Assembly (NCBI GenBank): GCA_963674825.1 | Contig: OY771587.1 | Coordinates: forward strand, 1,696,001-1,760,000 | DNA: 64,000 nt | DNA from: Candidatus Cloacimonadales bacterium | GTDB lineage: Bacteria > Cloacimonadota > Cloacimonadia > Cloacimonadales > JAIOQZ01 | Reading direction: 5' to 3' | In this document: piece by piece, positions 59,342 to 64,000 of the stretch | Position numbering within the stretch: position 1 is the first letter of the stretch | How the letters are laid out: every line of letters starts with the position of its first letter | Notes under the pieces: model-generated | What the model was told of the DNA's origin: nothing | Databases searched by the model: none | Seen by the model: only the letters and a program-made list of their open reading frames with translations | Position numbers and translations under genes: made by a program

Positions 59342-60439
59342 CTATCTGGGATCGTCGAGTCGATAGGCGCGGTAGAGGTAGCTTTCGGTCATGGTCTTGA
59401 TGGAAAACTCGGTGAGGATGCGGTCTCTTCCATTCTGGCCCAGCTTCTTGCGGAGCTCGGGTTGGTCGATGAGACGCAGCGTCTTTTCGAAGAGATCGTC
59501 ATCGTCGTCACCCATGAGGTAGCCGGTCTCGCCGTCGATGACCAGCTCCGAGGTGCCTCCGCGATTGGTGGCGATTACCGGCATGCCGTACGCCATGTAT
59601 TCCATGATGGAGTTGGAAAGCCCTTCGGCGGCGCCTGAAGAGAAGTTCAGCAGGATGCCGATATCGCATGCGGATAGGAACGACTCCACGTCGTGGATTC
59701 TGCCGGGAAACTCGATCCCGTTGCCGAGTAAATCCTGCGACTGCTGCATGTAGTACTCGCGTTTGCTACCGTCTCCGGCGCAGATGAAGGTGACGTTCGG
59801 GCGGATCGCGCGAATCTTCCGGGCAAGCTCGATGTAGCGCGGGATATCCTTGGGATCGTCAATGCGCGAGAGGAATACGACGCGTATCTCGTCCGAGTTT
59901 GACTCGGAGGGCTTGATGCGGCTGGAATCGAATCCGTTGTGAATGAAGAGAGTCTTGGGCGACCGGTCTTTGCCGTGAAACTGCAGCGCTGCCTCGGTAT
60001 TGCTGACCACCACATTCGCGATCCGGTGCACGAGCTGCTGACTGAGCCACTCCTTGCTCGGGAACTTGATGGGCCGCACGGTGCGATAGAAATCGGCGAC
60101 ATACCACGAGTGACGACTGACCGACAGCGCCGTAAGCATGCTGGGAAACGGCAGATAGGAATGGACGATATCGGGCTTGATCTGCCGCAGGAGGCGACGT
60201 ATCTGCCGGATGGAGCGGAAGAAATCGCCTGGCTTGCGCTGGACGCGATGGAGAGTGATTCGAGCATCATCAGGCAGGTAATCGGTCCGGTCGTTATAGA
60301 TGATGACGTGGATGTCGAAGGTGTAGTGTCTGGTCAGGTACTTCATGAAGTTCACGCACTGACGCTCCGCGCCTCCACCGCCGAGTGAGCTGATTACGAT
60401 CGCCAGTTTGATCGGCTGGAGTGCATTACCCTTTTTCAT
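59342..60439 (-). CDS. Glycosyltransferase family 4
   Basis: GGGAER, I.NG and EGLSNSIMEYMA.G.PVIAT..GG motifs. Confidence 0.92.
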   Translation of the reverse strand: MKKGNALQPIKLAIVISSLGGGGAERQCVNFMKYLTRHYTFDIHVIIYNDRTDYLPDDARITLHRVQRKPGDFFRSIRQIRRLLRQIKPDIVHSYLPFPSMLTALSVSRHSWYVADFYRTVRPIKFPSKEWLSQQLVHRIANVVVSNTEAALQFHGKDRSPKTLFIHNGFDSSRIKPSESNSDEIRVVFLSRIDDPKDIPRYIELARKIRAIRPNVTFICAGDGSKREYYMQQSQDLLGNGIEFPGRIHDVESFLSACDIGILLNFSSGAAEGLSNSIMEYMAYGMPVIATNRGGTSELVIDGETGYLMGDDDDDLFEKTLRLIDQPELRKKLGQNGRDRILTEFSIKTMTESYLYRAYRLDDPR

Positions 60440-61680
60440 GTGCGGTCCTGCTTGAAGATAAATTCCGAGAGCGAAGGAATGAAGTTCTGGTAGGAAAAGC
60501 TTTTCTGCGCCACTTCGCGGCCCTTGAGTCCGATGCAGGAGAGCTTATCGCGATGTTCGAAGCACCACTTAAGCTTCAGGTAAAGCTGCTCGATATCCCC
60601 GGGTGGCACGATCAGCGCGCTTTCGCCGTCCTTGAGATAGAGAGTGTTGTCGCTGATATCTGTGAGCAGCACCGGCACGCCGGAGGCCAGGTAGCTGCCG
60701 AGCTTGGTCGCGAAGCCGTATTCGGTCTGGACATTCGACGGCCTCGGAAGCAGCAGCAGGTGCTGGCTTCGGAGGATTTCGGGGATCTCGGACATTGGAA
60801 CCAGTCCGTGGAATACGATACGATCCTGAAGCTGACGTTTCTTCATGAAATCGGTGAGAATCGCCTGCGATTTGCGGTCGCCATAGCCGTAGAGGTTGAG
60901 TCGGAAGGGGTATTGCTTCAGCTTGTCGAGCGCCTTGAAGAGGTTCAGAAGCCCTTCTTTCCTGACGCTGATCGCGCCGGTAAATCCCAGTTCCAGCGGA
61001 CCGTCCTGTGGAACGGTTATCGGCGGTTCGTCCTGGATCTCGTCACTAAGGATGGGAACGCGTATCGACGGGCATTTGAGCCGGTCGGCGATGCGCTTGA
61101 TGCGGGTCGAGATGGCGATTGCGCCGTCGAACCGGTAGTTGCTGAAGTCGTTCAGGAGCGCTTCGAGGAAAATCGCCGGATACATGGCAAAGAAGAGGAC
61201 GCGCTTGGGCAGTCCTGCGGGAATCGGGCGGTTGAACGCGATACCGAGCTGGACTTCGTTCGCTTCCACGATCACGCGATAGCCCCATTTCTTGAACGCG
61301 GTACGATAGACCGTGTGGTTGATGACGTACGCCGAAGACCAGATAAGGATGGTTGTCTCGCCTTCGAGTTGGTCGAGGAAACCTTTGAAGCTGCTCATGA
61401 AGCGCTTTGCGGGACGGGGGTCGAAGGTGGCCAGGAGTGTTCGTTCCAGGAAGCCACGCTTGCGGCTCGCATCGTTGGCCGGTATGCCCACAACGTAGAT
61501 CGAGGGTTCGATCTCACGGGCCTTACTAAGCTCCAGGTCGAGCGGCATGTGGACCGATGTGAGGAATACGCGTGTATCGCCGTCCGCAATGACCGCTTTG
61601 GCGTATTTCAGCGCACGGTCGTACGGTGCGCCCGACGGCTTTTCGAAGTGTTCCTTGCCCAGAACAATCAGGTTTTTCAT
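60436..61680 (-). CDS. Glycosyltransferase family 4
   Basis: FTG.I...KEG and GFATKL.SYLASG.PV motifs. Confidence 0.85.
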   Translation of the reverse strand: MKNLIVLGKEHFEKPSGAPYDRALKYAKAVIADGDTRVFLTSVHMPLDLELSKAREIEPSIYVVGIPANDASRKRGFLERTLLATFDPRPAKRFMSSFKGFLDQLEGETTILIWSSAYVINHTVYRTAFKKWGYRVIVEANEVQLGIAFNRPIPAGLPKRVLFFAMYPAIFLEALLNDFSNYRFDGAIAISTRIKRIADRLKCPSIRVPILSDEIQDEPPITVPQDGPLELGFTGAISVRKEGLLNLFKALDKLKQYPFRLNLYGYGDRKSQAILTDFMKKRQLQDRIVFHGLVPMSEIPEILRSQHLLLLPRPSNVQTEYGFATKLGSYLASGVPVLLTDISDNTLYLKDGESALIVPPGDIEQLYLKLKWCFEHRDKLSCIGLKGREVAQKSFSYQNFIPSLSEFIFKQDRT

Positions 61681-61895
61681 CTGGTGTGACTCCACGGGAA
61701 ATTCATTATCACGAGTTTGTTTCAAACACGAGCGAATGACGAAACTGTCAAGGCTTTTCAGGGAACCGATTGCGGGGTGTTCGTTTATCTGATGCGCTTC
61801 ACTCCACGAAGCTGAACAAAATTCTTGTGGACAGAAATCCGGTTATCATGAAAAAGATATCCAGAATATGCCGTCATGAACGGTCGGAGGATTTA

Positions 61896-62150
61896 ATGGA
61901 CGATATGAAAGAACTCAAGCAGATTATCATCGACGATCTGAAACTGGAAGGAATGGAACCGGAAGATATCCAGGACGACGAAGCGCTCTTCGGAGAAGGC
62001 CTCGGGCTGGATTCGCTCGACGCGGTAGAACTTGTGGTGATCCTTCAGAAGCACTACGGAATCGAGCTGAAGGATATGGACAAGGCTCGCGAGGTGTTTT
62101 CGACCATGAATACACTTGCCGAATACGTCAGGGTAAACCGGACAAAATAA
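61896..62150 (+). CDS. Acyl carrier protein (aryl-polyene/type II PKS-like)
   Basis: DDEALFGEGLGLDSLDAVEL; RBS GGAGG. Confidence 0.92.
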   Translation: MDDMKELKQIIIDDLKLEGMEPEDIQDDEALFGEGLGLDSLDAVELVVILQKHYGIELKDMDKAREVFSTMNTLAEYVRVNRTK

Positions 62151-63328
62151 TGAATCCCCTCGTTACAGGAATGGGCTGCATCTGTGCGGCCGGGAACGAC
62201 GTCGAATCAACCGTTACAAGCCTGTACAGCGGTGTCCGCAATCCGGTCCCACCCTCACGGCTGGAAGTCAATCTGGATAAGGTCTATCCGGTATTCGAAA
62301 TTGAAGACGACCTCGATGACTTCGCTCCCGACGCGAACCGAACCACCAAGCTTGCCTTGATCGCCGCGGAAGAAGCTCTAAGCCAGGCGGGTATTACTGC
62401 GGATGTGATCAAGAACAAGCGCATCGGCGTCTGTATGGGAACAACGGTTGGCTGCACGCTCAGCAACGAACCCTTTTATCGCGCATTCAAAGATGGCAGC
62501 AAGCCCGAGCTTGGCCCCATCCATCGCTATCTTGCCAATAACCCCGCCGAGTATCTCATGCGCTACTACGGCTTTCAGGGGCCTGTTGCAACCATCGCCA
62601 ATGCCTGTTCGTCCGGTACGGACGCGATCGGAATGGCAAAAGGCTGGATCCAGAGCGGACGTTGCGATATTGCCATCGCCGGCGGTGTCGATGCCCTTTC
62701 TCGAATCACGTACCTCGGTTTCATCTCCCTGCTGATCACCTCGACACAGGCTTGCAGGCCATTCGATGTTGATCGCACCGGATTGAATCTCGGCGAAGGC
62801 GCCGGTATAGTGGTTCTGGAACATTCCGACAGCGCTAAAGAGCGAGGCGTCGACTCCTACGCAGAATGCGCAGGATTTGGCTGCAACGCCGATTCCTATC
62901 ATCCCACCGCACCACACCCGGACGGAGTAGGACTGATCAACGCCATTCATCGCGCTCTTGAGGAAGCGAAGATCGGCTCGGATCAGATCGGCTTCATCAA
63001 CGCACACGGAACTTCCACTCCCGATAACGACAAGACCGAAGGCAAGGTCATCGCAAAGCTATACAAACCGGGGATCCCGGCTGTCTCGACAAAGGCCTAC
63101 ACCGGCCACACGCTGGGCGCAGCAGGCGGGTTGGAAGCGATCTTCACCATTCGCTCGCTGATCGACGGTAAGCTTCCAGCAACCGCGGGATTCGAGAATG
63201 TCGATCCCGAGTGCGTTATCGCGCCCACAACCGAGCTCACAACCATCGACGCAGAATATGCCATCTCGCACTCGCTGGCGTTTGGCGGTAACAACTCCGC
63301 ACTCATCTTCAAAAGGAGCCGATCATGA
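62150..63328 (+). CDS. Beta-ketoacyl-ACP synthase (FabF-like / type II PKS KS)
   Basis: NACSSG catalytic Cys, NAHGTST, GHTLGAAG and AFGGNN motifs. Confidence 0.93.
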   Translation: MNPLVTGMGCICAAGNDVESTVTSLYSGVRNPVPPSRLEVNLDKVYPVFEIEDDLDDFAPDANRTTKLALIAAEEALSQAGITADVIKNKRIGVCMGTTVGCTLSNEPFYRAFKDGSKPELGPIHRYLANNPAEYLMRYYGFQGPVATIANACSSGTDAIGMAKGWIQSGRCDIAIAGGVDALSRITYLGFISLLITSTQACRPFDVDRTGLNLGEGAGIVVLEHSDSAKERGVDSYAECAGFGCNADSYHPTAPHPDGVGLINAIHRALEEAKIGSDQIGFINAHGTSTPDNDKTEGKVIAKLYKPGIPAVSTKAYTGHTLGAAGGLEAIFTIRSLIDGKLPATAGFENVDPECVIAPTTELTTIDAEYAISHSLAFGGNNSALIFKRSRS

Positions 63329-64000
63329 GATTATCCATACTCGGCATAGGCCCCGTATGCGCGCTTGGCTCCGGCATGGCGTCATTCGAAGCCGGCATGA
63401 AGGGCGAACGCGAGCCGCGCATCGAAATGGAAACCGTCGAATCGGCGCAGGGTACCATCGAACTGCCGGTTTACAAGCCAGTGGTGGAACGCATGGCGGA
63501 GTTCATCAAGCCGCGCGCGCTTCGCAGGTTGGACGACTTCTCAAGAATCGCGCTACTCTCCGCCTATCTGGCGGTCGAAGACGCTGGTATCGACTTCCCT
63601 GACCGCTCACGCGTCGGCATTATCTTCGGTTCAGGGCATGGCCCGGTGCGAACCACGTTCCGATTCCTCGACAGCTATATTGAGGATGGCGATAAGGTTG
63701 CCTCCCCCATGCACTTCGTTAATTCGGTGCACAACGCCGTCTCCTCGCAGACATCCATCTTCATGGGCATCCAGGGTCCCTGCCAGACAATTTCCTGCTT
63801 TGGGCACACTGCTTCAGCCGTGCTTTCCGCTGCTTCAGACTGGCTCGAAACCGGACTCGTCGATTACGTTCTGGCTGGCCTGGGCGACGAATATTGCGAC
63901 CTGATGGGCTACTCACTCGGTTCCATGAAAGCGCATCCCGCAAAGGCGATGCACCCCGAAATCTTCGACAAATGCAGCTTCCTGCCAGGAGAAGGCCACG
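63325..64000 (+). CDS. Ketosynthase chain-length-factor-like subunit, runs off the right edge
   Basis: Hand translation from ATG 63325: MRLSILGIGPV...LRRLDDFSRIAL...SPMHFVNSVHNA; no canonical ACSS motif. Confidence 0.8.
   Translation, partial: MRLSILGIGPVCALGSGMASFEAGMKGEREPRIEMETVESAQGTIELPVYKPVVERMAEFIKPRALRRLDDFSRIALLSAYLAVEDAGIDFPDRSRVGIIFGSGHGPVRTTFRFLDSYIEDGDKVASPMHFVNSVHNAVSSQTSIFMGIQGPCQTISCFGHTASAVLSAASDWLETGLVDYVLAGLGDEYCDLMGYSLGSMKAHPAKAMHPEIFDKCSFLPGEGH

Noticed and set aside
60421..61689. 422-aa plus-strand ORF
   Set aside because: Mirror frame of the GC-rich GT4 gene; no recognisable domain.
1..64000. CRISPR array, prophage, transposase, retron/DGR, rRNA or tRNA
   Set aside because: No spaced direct repeats, integrase/RT/transposase motifs or RNA-gene signatures recognised by eye.

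Overview
Bacterial chromosomal window. Five secreted proteins ending in a 'PNP..N..I.YNI/LRGQ.V..L..WDG.D...SG.Y..RL' FlgD-Ig/T9SS-type tail suggest Cloacimonadota or a related FCB-group anaerobe (inference). 1-8.6 kb is a minus-strand operon encoding saccharopine dehydrogenase, an AASS-type lysine-ketoglutarate reductase, a CitD-CitE fusion, CitF, a fungal-like homoisocitrate dehydrogenase, an HD protein and a (homo)aconitase large subunit. I read it as a candidate reversed alpha-aminoadipate lysine pathway ending in a 'homocitrate lyase'. The rest holds housekeeping genes (engB, queD, purE, lptE, rluB-like, ychF, ftsK, lolA, manC), ABC exporters and permeases, an isolated flhB-flhA pair, secreted proteins, glycosyltransferases and the start of an aryl-polyene-like type II PKS/FAS cluster. 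Non-coding signals include a ~210-nt rod capped by a perfect four-way junction (21024-21232), five parS-like palindromes inside genes, three sigma54-like promoters and REP-like hairpins. No rRNA, tRNA, CRISPR array, transposase or reverse transcriptase was recognised. All calls are by eye; no searches were run.
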